From NCBI GenBank assembly GCA_964016885.1, contig OZ024743.1, positions 18,166,001-18,230,000 on the forward strand: 64,000 bases of DNA, in the 5' to 3' direction. The notes beneath the pieces are model-generated. The model was not told where the DNA came from and did not search any database. It was given only the letters and a program-made list of their open reading frames with translations. The stretch is from Eledone cirrhosa. Taxonomy: Eukaryota. Positions 39,301 through 52,869 of the stretch are shown here, one piece after another (position 1 is the stretch's first letter; every line of letters begins with the position of its first letter). Both the position numbers and the translations under genes were made by a program.

Positions 39301-39719
39301 GCCCACTAACAGTAAAAAGAAGGACGTTCCAAGAAAGGTCTCCAGACGCCCGAAGAAATCAGGCCGCCTTGCTCCTGTCGGAGCTTAGACGGCCACTAGC
39401 CTGAAAGCTTGCCCGTCTCTGCTGGTCACGTCTAGCACCACCAACTTACCTTCTGGGTTAAGGAAGATGGCGCGTATGGCGAGATCCAAACCTCTTCGAA
39501 AAAGCACGGCATCTCATCCCCCGAACCAGGACGGCTGGGAGATGCGTACACATCGTAGCCGCCGAAGATCGGTGCGAAGGCCCGTGCTTCGGAGATTCTG
39601 GTCTCGCTGATGGCCACTACATCTATGTTTAGTGATTTGAGGTCGTTGAGCAGGTGGCCCTGCTTCCATGACGAACCGAAGCCACGCGCATTTATGCTGC
39701 CTATTCTGGGTGAGGTCAT
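36340..39719 (-). pseudogene. LINE ORF2 (APE endonuclease, reverse transcriptase, Cys-rich domain)
   Basis: IGSINARG, YWKLNASL, SPGLNGLPYELY, NFRPITLLNTEFKILAK, SAYADDVT, KLLGIWFG, GGLGMP, CPRC...ETVLHELVQC. Confidence 0.9.
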
Positions 39720-39753
39720 GTTGAAATGGAGTGGAAAAGATGGGAAAGACCAC

Positions 39754-41647
39754 TTACCTTACTTCTCGTAGAGGAAGGATTGTCTGTCCATCCTTTTCAC
39801 TGATTGTGGCCTCCTCCGCGAGGATGTCTCCGATGTCTTTGGGGAATTTTTGTTTTAGTGTCGGGTATGTTTTCTCTGTGATGCGAGTGATTTGTATGTG
39901 TGGAGGTGGTGTGAACGTTTGTGTTGTTGTGTAGTCTTTTTCTGTGATGCTGGTGTTGTGTTGCATGTAGTGTAATAATTGGTTGTTGTTCAAATTTAAT
40001 GCTGTGTAGTGTGTATCGTTTTGGTTGTTTTGTTTTGTTTGCGTTTGTTGTGGGTTTGCTTCTGTTACGCTTTTTGGTGACATTTGTGGTGTTGGTGATG
40101 GTGGTGTTGGGGTTAATGATGGTGATGGTGTTGGTTTTTATGGTGATGGGGTTGATGATGCTGGTGTGGATTATCAAATATCTGTCCGAACTTTTTTGTT
40201 TGATAATTTATTTGTTCCCCTCTGTATTGTCTTTTTGGAGGAGGAAGGAAGAGAATTATTTTCTTTTTTGGTTTCTTTTTTTCGTTTTTCCTGATACCGT
40301 TTGCCACTCTTCGTCGTCACAATCTGTCTCCAGTTGCGATAAGCCGGGGAGTGGAAAATCCTCCACAGGCGTTGGTTTTGGTTATGGCGTGGTGGATAAT
40401 GTAGGCGCTGGTGCTAGTTCTGGCGCGTTGGGTGGTGGTGTTGTTGGTTTTACTACTTTTGCTGGGGTTGTTGCTGTTACAGTTGCTTCTGTTGTTGCTG
40501 CTACAGTTGTTGCTGCCATTTCTGCTGCTGCTGGTGTTGATGGTTGAGTGACTGGGGTGGGTAAGAGAGATGGCCTCAACCTTTTAGCCTGAGGGCAGAA
40601 AGCACTTAGGTGGTTTCTTTCACCACAAACGACACACCTAGGCCTTCTGCCCTCGACGACTACGATGAAGTGGCAGCCGTCCGTGAGGTCTTTTACCTCT
40701 GGGATCTCCTCAATGCTTTTATGGTCCGCTTCGATCAGGAGCTCCATCCCAGATCCGGAGCAGTTCTCCTGCTTATCTTTCGCTATTTCGATTATCCTGG
40801 TGTTGGCCTCGATGCCCGCGAGGACGGCAGCCATTAGCCAGGGAATTTCGATTGCCGGTGGAAAGTGGGTCACCCTGATCTTCACAAGTCTCTGACCACA
40901 ATAGCTGGGGACGAGTGTGAAGTCGTCGTTCTTAATGGGGCCATGGAGTGTTCTCTGGCCTCCTGTGGTGTTTCAAAGAACACGTCCACTGTTCCATATT
41001 TCTGCCAACGTCTGATGTGGGTTTTTTGGCCCACACATGTCCCAAAGCTTTTTGGATTTGGTACTCGGATACCCGTTCCACTCGGTGCGATTTTATGTTA
41101 ATCGTCCGATAAGACACGGTGCATAGGCGCCGATGCTCCATTTTATTAGGTGTGTTTGTGTGGGGATGACCCTGTACCCATCTTTCTTTACCATTTGTTT
41201 GGCTTCTTCTAATTCCTCCTGAGTTACCAGGAAAGCTTCGCACTGTTTTGCTACTCTGGCAAAACTCAGGGTGGTTTTCTTAATTTCATTATTGCTGTTG
41301 TTGTTATCGTTATTTTTGTTATTGTTAATTTTAGTTTCAGTTGTGGTGGCGGTGGCGTCAGTGGTGTTCGGTGCGGAAGAGTTCATTCTGGTTGAATTCA
41401 TGTCGATATCACGTGCTAATTTATTTTTTTCTTTTGTTTGTGTTGTCGTTGTTGTGGTTGTGGTGGGGGTGGCGGCTTTAACACCTGCAGTCATTGGTAA
41501 TGGCGGGAAATGAATGTCTGCCTGAGACAAATTTAAAATATTGCTACTGCTTATATTTTTAGTGTTGGCAAACTTAATAATATTTACAATGGTGGTGTCG
41601 GTGTGAGGTGTTAGTTTGTGAGGAAGCTTTGACACTGAGTCGTCCAT
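39754..41647 (-). pseudogene. LINE ORF1 with CCHC zinc knuckle
   Basis: RPRCVVCGERNHLSAFCP (CX2CX4HX4C) in ORF 40382-40885, split over several frames. Confidence 0.85.
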
Positions 41648-41861
41648 GATTTTTCAAAGAAAAATCTTTATTTGATAATTATAAAAGTTTAAATTTTGGG
41701 CTCAAGGCCCACATCTGTTTGAGTGTCCTTTTCAGAAAACAATATATGTGCACTTATATACAGTTAACAATAACAATTTTCCATAAATGGCAATTTTAAA
41801 CAACTGAAAATAACAAAACTTTGCGGAGCTCACGATAATACAATTTACTACGTAGGTCGCC

Positions 41862-41925
<64 letters not shown>
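41862..41925. repeat. (AAT)n microsatellite between Tx1 and Dong elements
   Basis: Direct reading. Confidence 0.95.
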
Positions 41926-41929
<4 letters not shown>

Positions 41930-43107
41930 AGGAATTGTTAAGAACTGAATACATTCGGAGAGTAAGGAGCGTATTGAAGTCACATCTGAACAGCAGAAAT
42001 GCCATAAGCGCAGTAAATTCCCGAGCTGTGTCTATTATTAGGTACAGTGCGGGAATTCTGAGATGGAATGTTGCTGAACAAAAAGAAATGGATAGGAAGA
42101 CTAGGAAGCTATTGACTATCTACAACATGTTCCACAAGAGGAGTGATGTCGATAGACTCTACCTAAGGAGATCTGAGGGTGGAAGAGGTCTTATCAGCAT
42201 AGAGGACTGTGTTCAGATGGAGAAAAACAACCTATACAAATACGTGACCTATAGTAAGGAGCCAATGCTCAGAGCTGTACTGAAGGAGGGGACAGTAGGC
42301 CAGGGGATATCCAAGGAGGAAATAACATCAAGGAGGAAGAGCAGCCTTAAGGGAAAATCCCTTCATAGTACCTTCTTTGAGAAAACTGAATTTAGAGATC
42401 CACAGACATGGAACTGGTTGAGAAGAGGAGACCTCAAAAAGGCTACAGAAGGAATGCTAATGGCTGCGCAGGAGCAGGCCCTCAAAACGAAGTGGTTGAA
42501 GCACCATATCTACAAGGAGGAGGCTAGCCCACTGTGCAGGATCTGTGGAGAGAGAGAGGAGACTGTGGCTCACATTGTGTCCGAGTGTAAACACCTAGCC
42601 CAGACCCACTATAAGGGCTGGAGACACGATGTGATGGGCAGGGTGATCCACTGGCACCTGTGCAAAGTAAACAATCTACCACATTCTGAGAAATGGTATG
42701 AGCATAGGCCAGAGGCGGTGATGGAGAACAGTCAGGTGAAGGTGCTGTGGGATTTTAGGATACAGACGGACAAAAAACTGGAACACAATAGACCTGACCT
42801 GGTGGTTGTGGACAAAGAAAAAAGATCGTGCCTGATTGTGGATGTGGCCTGCCCGTTCGACACGAGAGTGCAAGAGAAGGAGAGGGAGAAAATTAACCGA
42901 TACCAGGACCTAAAGTGGGAGGTGAAAAGGATTTGGAACTGCCATGAAGTCAAAGTGATTCCGATTGTCATAGGCGCACTGGGGACTATCTCCAAAGGTT
43001 TCCAGGGATGGTTAAAGAAAATCGGCCCCTTCACGCTTTTTGGAACGCTTCAAAAGGCATGCTTGCTTGGAACAGCAAGAACCCTCCGATACGTCCTGAA
43101 TATCTGA
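41926..43107 (+). CDS. Open C-terminal fragment of R4/Dong ORF (RT thumb, CCHC finger, restriction-like endonuclease)
   Basis: GGRGL, AAQEQAL, CRICGEREETVAHIVSEC, RHD, RPDLVVVD...IVDVACP, KINRY, PIVIGALG. Confidence 0.85.
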
Positions 43108-43182
43108 GGCTGCAGGTAGTGGCTTGATATTCAATCCAACGGACTTTCCAGTTAACCAACATCAATGACTGAGATTCAAGGA
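41926..43182 (+). mobile_element. Dong/R4-clade RLE LINE family A, 5'-truncated
   Basis: Contains ORF 41926-43107 and a short 3' UTR shared with 46964-47040 and 52768-52843, ending in (AAT)n. Confidence 0.9.
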
Positions 43183-43212
43183 ATAACAATAACAATAATA
43201 ATAATAATAATA

Positions 43213-44579
43213 GGAATAGGATCGATGCCATAAACATGCTTGCCATACCAGTAGTAACCTACAGTTACAATGTCATCAACTGGTCAAGCACAGAGATCCG
43301 TAGGTTCGATACAAAAATTCGAAAATTCTTAACCATGCACAGAATGCATCACCCTAAGGCAGATATAGATAGAACATATCTCCCTAGGAAAGAAGGAGGA
43401 CGTGGGTTAATCCAGTTAGACATTGCGTTGAAAACTGCAACAATTGGATTATCTACATATCTAAGGGAATCACATAATTGGATGATCAAACTCGTTTTGA
43501 AACACGAAAGCATCAAAAGATCATATTCCATTACAAAAGATGCACAAAGATACAGTAATGGACTACAAATTTCAGAAGTCCCATTTACTGCTGAAATGGA
43601 AAACACAGAAAAAGCAAAGCAGGTAAAAGTAACTGCAAAGAAAGAACTGCTACAGAAACTAGCTAAGAAATGGCAAGAAAAGCCTCTGTATGGAAAATAC
43701 CCAGAGCGAGCTAACAATCCTGATGTTGACAAAACTTTAACCCATCAGTGGTTGGCATCCTCTGGACTGAAATCGGAGACTGAAGGACTGATTATATCAG
43801 CACAAGATCAGTGTCTGCCAACAAAAAATTACCAAGCCAACATAATAAAAAATGGATGCAACCCATTATGCCGTGTATGCAAAAAACAACCAGAGACCAT
43901 TGACCATATAATTTCAATGTGCAGTTCTATAGCTCTAACCGAATACCTAAACAGGCATGACAGAGCTGCACAATACATACATTGAATAATGTGTAAGCAT
44001 TTTGACCTTCCCCATCAAAAGAATTGGTGGGAGCATCAAACACTTCCCATACTTGAAAAAGATCACATCTCAATCTTGTGGAACTTTAGCATCCATACAG
44101 ACCGAAAAATAGATGCAAATAGACCTGATATAATATCGAGGGACTTTAAAAAGAGGGTATGCCTGCTAATTGATATGTCTGTTCCAATAGACAAGAATGT
44201 ATCTATAAAAACATTTGAAAAATTGAGCAAGTATAAGGACCTGGAGATAGAAATTGGAAAAATGTGGAAATTGAGAACTAAAACAATACCAGTGGTTGTA
44301 GGCGCTCTGGGAATGATACCTAAGGGGTCTATCGATTACTTATCGCAAATCCAAGGAAACCCGCGTATAGGAGAAATACAAAAGATAGTACTAATGGGAA
44401 CTGCCCATATACTAAGGAAGATTCTGTCAATATAAGTACATCACAAGTCTAAACACTAAAGATGCATGTGTGAGTATGTATGTTCTTTCTTGAACATGGC
44501 GGACCTTGTTGTCTCTTGAGGTCACTGGTGTGACTTTGATATAACTCGTATGAACATAAAGCAAGATAAATGCAACTGT
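43213..44579 (+). mobile_element. Dong/R4-clade RLE LINE family B, 5'-truncated
   Basis: ORFs 43236-43985 and 43989-44435 (EGGRGL, SAQDQ, CRVC..ETIDHIISMC, RHD, RPDII, PVVVGALG) in one frame, broken by a single TGA. Distinct 3' UTR; (AAT)n flanks. Confidence 0.9.
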
Positions 44580-44598
44580 AATAATAATAATAATAATA

Positions 44599-47040
44599 CA
44601 GAAGATGCTGTTTGGACAGCTTGAGGGGAAAGAAAGAGGCAACGACTTGATCCCTGAGGCGGAACAAACTAAAACATTCTGGAGCGGAATATGGGAGCAG
44701 GATGTTAGACATAATGACAAGGCAGTGTGGATTGAGACAGTAAAGAAAGAGATCGGTGAACAGGCACACCAACAAACTGATTTGAGTATCACAGTTGAAA
44801 CTCTTAAGGGGCAGGCCAAAAAAACTGACCAACTGGAAATCACCAGGCCCAGAATGGTGTGCAGGGGTATTGGATTAAAAATATAACATCCCTCCACCCG
44901 AAACTGACAACCATGTTCAATGACTGTTTGATGTCAGGTGAGGTACCAGAGTGGTTGACAAAAGGTATCACAGTTCTGATAATGAAAGACCGAATCAAGG
45001 GTATTGATGTTACCAACTATAGACCTATCACATGTCTGTCCGTAACGTGGAAACTGTCGACGAGTATTGTGTCTGAGGAAATGTGCCATCACCTCCACAC
45101 AAACAACTTGTTACCGGACGAACAGAAAGGATGCCGAAAGAAGTCACGTGGTACAAAGGACCAGTTACTTGATGGTAATGGGGAATTGCAGGAGGGGACA
45201 CACTGATCTTGCCATGGGATGGATAGACTACAGAAAGGCATTTGACATGGTGTCTCATTCTTGGATCACCAAAAGCCTGGAGATCTTCAAGGTGGCAGAT
45301 AACATCAGACAGTTGTTGGGCAAAAGTATGAGGTCCTGCGAAACAGAGTTGTCATCAACTGGAGAATCCTTGGGAAGCGTGAAGATCAAGAGAAGTATCT
45401 TCCAGGGAGATAGCCTGTCCTCTCTGTTGTTTGTCCTTGCCCTAATGCCCCTGACCAGTGTACTGCGAAAAGTGAGAGCAGGATACAGGTTGGGAAAATG
45501 GAGGGCTTACCATCAATCAACTCCTCTTCATGGACGATCTTAAGCTCTTCGGGAAGAGTGAGAAGGGGTTGGATGTGCTTGTTGACACTGTCCGTATTTT
45601 CAGCAGTGATATATGTATGCAGTTTGGTATTAGTAAGTGTGGAGTCATTGTGATGAGGAGAGGTAGGTTGAGCAGAAGTAACGGAATCCAGATACCAACA
45701 GGTGAGATGATAAAGGAAATTGACTCTGAGGAAGGATACAAGTATTTGGGCGTTCTGGAGACTGATGGCATAAAGAACAAAAAAATGAAGGAATGTTAAG
45801 AACTGAATACATTCGGAGAGTAAGGAGCGTATTGAAGTCACATCTGAACAGCAGAAATGCCATAAGCGCAGTAAGTTCCCGAGCTCTGTCTATTATTAGG
45901 TACAGTGCGGGAATTCAGAGATGGAATGTTGCTGAACAAAATGAAATGGATAGGAATACTAGGAAGCTATTGACTATCTACAACATGTTCCACAAGAGGA
46001 GTGATGTCGATAGACACTACTTAAGGAGATCTGAGGATGGAAGAGGTCTTATCAGCATAGAGGACTGTGTTCAGATGGAGAAAAACAACCTACACAAATA
46101 CGTGACTGGTAGTAAGGAACCAATGCTCAGAACTGTACTGAAGGAGGGGACAATAGGCCAGCGGATGTCCAAGGAGGAAATAACATCGAGGAGAAAGAGC
46201 AGCCTTCAGGAAAAATCCCTTCATAGTACCTTCTTTGAGAAAACTGAATTTAGATATCCACAGACATGGAACTGGTTGAGAAGAGGAAACCTTAAAAAGG
46301 CTACAGAAGGAATGTTAATGGCTGCGCAGGAGCAGGCCCTCAAACGAAGTGGTTGAAACACCATATTTACAAGGAGGAGGCTAGCCCACTATGCAGGATC
46401 TGTGGAGAGAGAGAGGAGACTGTGGCTCACATTGTATCCGAGTGTAAACACCTTACCCAGACCCACTATAAGGGCTGGGGACATTGTGTGATGGTCAGGG
46501 TGATCCACTGGCACCTGTGCAAAGTAAACAATTTACCACATTCTGAGAAATGGTATGAGCATAAGCCAGAGGCGGTGATAGAGAACGATCAGGTGAAGGT
46601 GCTGTGGGATTTTAGTATACAGACAGACAAGAAACTGGAACACAATAGACCTGACCTGGTGGTTGTGGACAAAGAAAAAAGATCATGTCGAATTGTGGAT
46701 GTGGCCTGCCCATTCGACACGAGAGTGCAAGAGAAGGAGAGGGAGAAAATTAACCGATACCAGGACTTAAAGTGGGGGGTAAAAAGGATTTGGAACTGTC
46801 ATGAAGTCAAAGTGATCCCGATTGTCATAGGCGCACTGGGGACTTTCTCCAAAAGTTTCCAGGGATGATTAAAGAAAATCGACCCCTTCACGCTTTTTGG
46901 AACGCTTCAAAAGGCATGCTTGCTGGGAACAGCAATAACCCTCCGATACGTCCTGAATATCTGAGGCTGCAGGTAGTGGCTTGATATTCATTCCAACGGA
47001 CTTTCCAGTTAACTAACATCAATGACTGTGACTCAAGGAA
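44599..47040 (+). mobile_element. Dong/R4 family A, 5'-truncated, frameshifted
   Basis: [38 protein letters not shown] and RLE domain; (AAT)n on both sides. Confidence 0.9.
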
Positions 47041-47058
47041 TAATAATAATAATAATAA

Positions 47059-47800
47059 TGGTTTCTTTATTGGCCACAAGGGCTAACGCGAGGAAAAATA
47101 TTAGACACGGCACAGGACAGTACAGGATGATAAAAAAATGGGTTTTGGTCTTGTAAACAGGTTATAACAAAATCGGGGAATCCTCCCTGCGCGCATCTCG
47201 GACAGGCTCGGATGACAGAACCTCCATGACTGTAGAGCTTAACCGAACCGGCAACCCTCCCCGGTAGCACTGCCAGGCCAGGGATTTCTGGAAGTTGTCC
47301 ATAGGCCCCGGTCTGAAAGTTCTCTTGAAGAGAGCGAACAGCTGATCGTCTTCGACGCCCAGGGTCTCCACGAGAACGCCGTCGCTCTTTCCCTCCACTA
47401 GCTCTCTATAGATCGCCGAGGTGGATGTGCCACCGATACTAGTGCCCAGCTGATAGAGGGCGGTGAGCGCTTGGAGATATTCCAGCTTGCAAGCGCTATC
47501 CCTCGGTCTTTTCCTGATCCAGGACTGCAGCTCCGTCAAGGAGATGAGCTGGGGAAAAGCGCGTTTGGCAAACGGCGACCACACCTATTCAGCGTCAAGG
47601 AAGCACCAGAGATGTCGCAGCCTCAGCGCATGTTTGCGCATCATCAGCCACGACATGCCTAGTCCTCCACGCAACGGGTGTTGACAGGAAATGGATCGTC
47701 TGACCATTGGAGCACGTTACTTCCACAAAAAGCGGAAGAGAAGCCCTCCATTTTAGTCATAGTTGAGCGGGGGCAAGATTCGCGGTCAAGCGGTAGCAGA
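47059..47800 (-). mobile_element. 3' fragment of a second Tx1 subfamily, internally deleted
   Basis: ORF 47162-47584 is homologous to 36500-37432 (PGPMDNFQKSLAWQCYRG). 3' end CCCTTGTGGCCAATAAAGAAACC(ATT)n. Confidence 0.85.
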
Positions 47801-47849
47801 TGACGGACGCTATGTACTCATTCGCCACCTCCGCCTGACCTTTCAGATA

Positions 47850-48500
47850 AACTTACTTACTTGTACTTCTGTCGACATTCACCATGGACGGATTGAGCCG
47901 GTTTCTTCCCTTGTCCTGACGGCATCCCGGACTATGGCGGCCCACGCACGACGGTCCCGGGCAAAGTCACTGGAGATAGCGAGCCAGGCCGACCACCTGC
48001 GGACCTGAGAGTTCAGAGAGGTCCTCCTTGATCGTCGTTGCCCAGGTCTTCAGCTGCCCGCCAACGCGCTTGCACCAGTTAGGGAGTGGAGGTGGGATGA
48101 GAGCATCGCGGTTCAGCTCACCCTCAGGGCGCAGGGCTGCGTGACCAAACCATCTCAAGCGCGTTGCAGAAGTACTGAAGTAAAGGGTCGAAGATTCAGG
48201 CGAAGACGTACACTGATGGTAGGTACCCGATCAACTTGTCGGCAGCGAAGAATGCTGCAGAGACAGTCATTGTCGAAGACTTCCAGCCCCCGTTGATCGA
48301 CTACCCTCATATGCCATGTTTCATAGACATAGAGTAGGATAGTGTGAACGACGGCCTGGCAGATTCGCCCTTTGGTCGCCGAGGTGAGATCTCTTCCATT
48401 TCACAGACATCGCCGAAGGCGCCCAAAAACGGATCCCGCAGCACCTATGCGACGCTTGACCTCGGCTGCGCCCTGTCCCGTTGGAACCACTGTTGAGCTC
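47850..48500 (-). mobile_element. RTE-clade LINE 3' fragment
   Basis: LRWFGHAALRPEGEL..KRVGGQLKTW. (AAGT)n tail at ~47850-47862. Confidence 0.8.
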
Positions 48501-49439
48501 CAATATGTAATATTTAATTAAATATTTAATTTTGTACCAGAAATGTTATAGTCAGCAAAGAAAATTGCTAGAAAACAACAGCCAAATAACTTCACCACCA
48601 CCGCCGCTTCCACCATCACCATCAACACTACCACAAAAAATCTAGCCAAATAGAAACCAGCACCGTCCCTATAGTACTTCTGTCCCATCACCACCGTCAC
48701 CATTGCATCATCGCTACCGCCACTATTCCCTCACTACTTAAGAGAGGGGTGGTGGTGCCGCTACATATGAAAAGAGGCTAGGAAGGTATCAACATATATA
48801 ATTAGACTGGGTTAGTGACTCAGTCAAACAGCTAACAACAACAACAACAACACCAGAATAATTATGTTGTTGTATCTCTAAACTCTCTCAAAATGTTTAG
48901 TTTAAACGATGTCAAATCTAAACTATAATCTAATAATAATTGCTTATGCTTTTAGCACGGGACCAGCATGTGTCCCGGTGAGTTGCACGTGCTTTGTTGT
49001 GTCGGCCCCGGAGGGATGAAAGGAAAAAAAAAAATTATAAGCAACAAGTCGAAAAATTGTAGAACAGAACACAGACAAAAGCAAACGCAACAAAAAGCAC
49101 ATATTTCAAAAGTTTTGAACACAACAACCCCTACTTCCCTTAGCAGCAGCAGCAACAACAACACTAGTAACCGATGTTACTGGCCTTGTAAAACGAAAAA
49201 CGCAAAGGAAAAAAACAAACAAGCAAAAAAAAAAACATAGTCAGACATTCAAACATTACAATGAATCTTATGTTTATTTTTGTTTTTTTAAGGTTTTTAT
49301 CTATTTATTTCTTTATTTATTTATGCTCGTCTACAGCCTGATGGTGCCACGCAAACATCACCGGGGGTGATGAAATCACTAGGGGTGACGAAATCACCGG
49401 TAGTTATGTAACCATACATTTACCAATCCACGATATGAG

Positions 49440-52400
49440 TGTTTAAATGTCGAACCTAAACAGTTCGAATAACGGTGAAGTGGAGACTGGAATGTCATGC
49501 GACAGACTCTCACCCAGGAGGTGCTCCCTGGCCCAGCAGCAGGGACCGGGATGTCATCCAAATACTGCTTGTTGGAGGAAGAAGGAAAGGCTCCTGAACC
49601 AACTGGACGAAAGAATTGAATAGAACTGTTATGCAATGTTACCTGAAGAGTAACCCCAAGGAAAAAGGCTATAGGAAACGGATGCATAACATCTGGAAAG
49701 AGATTGGTATATTTAAATTAGATGAACAAAAATTGGCCGTGCAGGCTCGGGTAATAAGAACTAATGGGTGGATAAGAGAACTGGGGGAACTGAGCAGAGA
49801 GATTAGGTTGGAAATTTAGAGTGCAGTAAGCCAAGCAAACGAGCCTGTGGGAAATGAAGGTGAAGAGGTTGAGAGAATGGAGGAAGTATCCAAAGAAGAC
49901 AATGATCTGAATGCTGAAATAAATAATACCTGGAACAAAGATACGGCCATTGAGGAAATGAATGCTGACCGGCTAGGACAAGATTTGGTTGATATCCTAA
50001 ACTTAATGGGAGATGAAATGAACAATGATAGTGGGAAACCTATGAACATAAGATTTATAGACAGGAAAAAGTTAAAAGAAATAACAGCTAAGGTAAACAA
50101 AGTCATCCCATACCTTGAGATAAGGAGCCTTCACCAGCGTAACAATATCCTCAAAGCAACAGCAAATGCGGTGAGGAAATTACTTGGAGGAAGAAACGAC
50201 TGAATGGTCAAATCAGGAACATGAGAATTGACATTGGAAAGCTTGAGTCCCTACTGAATGGGACAGTAAAAAAATAGACACTAAAAATAGACTGGAAATA
50301 AAGTACAAAACTAGGAGGAAAAAGCTAAATATTCACATAGAGGAACTGAAGCAACGCATTGTAGCAAAGAGTGCAAAGATTAGGCGATACGAGAGCAGAG
50401 TCAGTCAGTATAGACAGAACGGCATGTTTCACAAGAACCAGAAGATGTTGTTTGGACAGCTTGAAGGGAAAGAAAGAGGCAACGACTTGATCCCTGAGGC
50501 GGAACAAACTAAGACATTCTGGAGAAGAATATGGGAGCAGGATGTTAAACATAATGACCAGGCAGTGTGGACTGAGACAGTACAAAAGGAGATTAGTGAA
50601 CAGGCACACCAACAAACTGATTTGAGTATCACAGATGAAACCCTTAAGGGGCAGGCCAACAAACTAACCAACTGGAAATCACCAGGCCCAGATGGTGTGC
50701 AGGGGTATTGGATTAAACATATAACATCCCTCCACCCGAAACTGACAACCATGTTCAATGACAGCTTGATGTCAGGTGAGGTACCACAGTTCTGGTATTG
50801 AAAGACCGAATCAAGAGTAATGATGTTACCAACTATAGACCTATCACATGTCTGTCCGTAATGTGGAAATTGTGGACAAGCATTGTGTCGGAGGAAATCT
50901 ACCATCACCTCCACACAAACAACTTGTTACCGGACGAACAGAAAGGATGCCGAAAGAAGTCCCGTGGTACAAAGGACCTGTTACTTATTGATAAGATGGT
51001 CATGAGGAATTGCAAGAGGAGACACACTGGTCTTGCCATGGGATGGATAGACTACAAAAAACCATTTGACATGGAACTTCATTCGTGGATCACCAAAAGC
51101 CTGGTGATCTTCAAGGTGGCAGATAACATCAGACAGTTGTTGAGCAAAAGTATGAAGTCCTGGAAAACAGAGTTAACATCAGCAGGAAAATCCTTTGGAG
51201 GCGTGAAGATCTTCCAGGAAGATAGTCTGTCCCCTCTGTTGTTTTCCTTGCCCTGATGCCCTGACCCTTATACTGTGAAAAGTGAGAGCAGGATACAAGT
51301 TGGGAAAGGGAGAGCTTACCATCAATCACCTCCTCTTCGTGGACGATCTAAAGCTCTTCGGGAAGAGTGAGAATGAGTTGGATGTGCTTATTGACATGTC
51401 CGTATTTTCAGCAATGGCATATGTATGCAATCTGGTATTAGTAAGTGTGGAGTCCTTGTGATGAAGAGGGGTAAATTGAGCAGAAGCAACGGAATCCAGG
51501 TAAAAACAGGTGAGATGATAAAGAAAATTGACACTGAAGAAGGATACAAGTATTTGGGTGTTCTGGAGTCTGATGACATCAAGAACAAAAAAATGAAGGA
51601 ATTGATAAGATCTGAATACATTCGGAGAGTAAGGAGCGTATTAAAGTCACATCTGAACAGTAGGAATGCCATAAGTGCAGTCAATTCCCGAGCTGTGTCT
51701 ATTATTAGGTACACTGCGGGAATTCTGAGATGTAATGTTATGAACAAAAAGAAATGGATAGGAAGACTAGGAAGTATTGACTATCTACAACATGTTCCAC
51801 AAGAGGAGTGATGTCGATATACTCTACTTAAGGAGATCTGAAGGTGGAAGAGGTCTTATTAGCATAGAGCATTTTATTCAGATGGAGAAAAACAACCTAC
51901 ACAAATACGTGACTGATAGTAAGGAGCCAATGCTCAGAATTGTACTGAAGGAGAGAACAATAGTCCAGGGATGTCCAAGGAGGAAATAACAAGGAGGAAG
52001 AGCAGCCTTCATGAAAAATCCCTTCATATTATCTTCTTTGAGAAAACTTAATTCGGAGATCCACAGACATGGAACTGGTTGAGAAGAGCAGACCTTAAAA
52101 AGGCTATAGAAGGAATGTTAATGGCTGCGCAGGAGCAGGCCCTCAAAACGAAGTGGTTGAAACACCATATTTACAAGGAGGAGGCTAGCCCACTGTGAAG
52201 GGTCTGTGGAGAGAGAGAGGAGACTGTGGCTCACATTGTATCCGAGTGTAAACACCTAGCCCAGACTCATTATAAATGCTGGAGACATTATGTGATGGGC
52301 AGGGTGATTCACTGGCACCTATGCAAAGTAAACAATTTACCACATTCTGAGAAGTGGTATGAGCATAAGCCAAAGTCGGTGATAGAAAACGATGAGGTGA

Positions 52401-52843
52401 AGATGCTGTGGGATTTTAGTATACAGACGGACAAGAAAATGGAACACAATAGACCTGACCTGGATGTTTGGGACAAGGAAAAAAGATCGTGCCTGATTGT
52501 GGATGTGGCCTGCCCATTCGACACGAGAGTGCGAGAGAAGGAGAGGGAGAAAATTAACCGATACCAGGACTTAAAGTGGGGGGTAAAAAGGATTTCGAAC
52601 TGCCATGAAGTCAAAGTGGTCCCGATTGTCATAGGCGCACTAGGTACTATCTCAAAGAGTTTCCAGCGATGGTTAAAGAAAATTGGCCCCGCACTGCTTT
52701 TTGGAACACTTCAAAAGGCATGCTTGCTGGGAACAGCAAGAACCCTCCGATACGTCCTGAATATCTGGGGCTGCAGGTAGTGGCTTGATATTCATTTCAA
52801 CAAACTTTCCAGTTAACTAACATCAATGACTGAAACTCAACGA
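49440..52843 (+). mobile_element. Dong/R4 family A, near full length, decayed
   Basis: N-terminal VMQCY..GYRKRMHNIW..EQKLAVQARVI, WKSPGPDGVQGYWIK, RT and RLE motifs. 3' UTR then (AAT)n. 5' boundary uncertain. Confidence 0.88.
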
Positions 52844-52869
52844 ACAATAATAATAATAATAATAATAAT

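Larger units (their letters stand above)
36076..41861 (-). mobile_element. Tx1/L1-clade LINE copy 2, full length (~5.8 kb), both ORFs frameshifted
   Basis: ORF1 with CCHC knuckle. ORF2 APE-RT-Cys domain. 3' AATAAA then (ATT)n; (AAT)n on both flanks. Confidence 0.92.

Noticed and set aside
43983-43985. In-frame TGA between the two Dong B ORFs as programmed readthrough
   Set aside because: It falls at the conserved Trp of IHW (TGG to TGA); a simple nonsense mutation.
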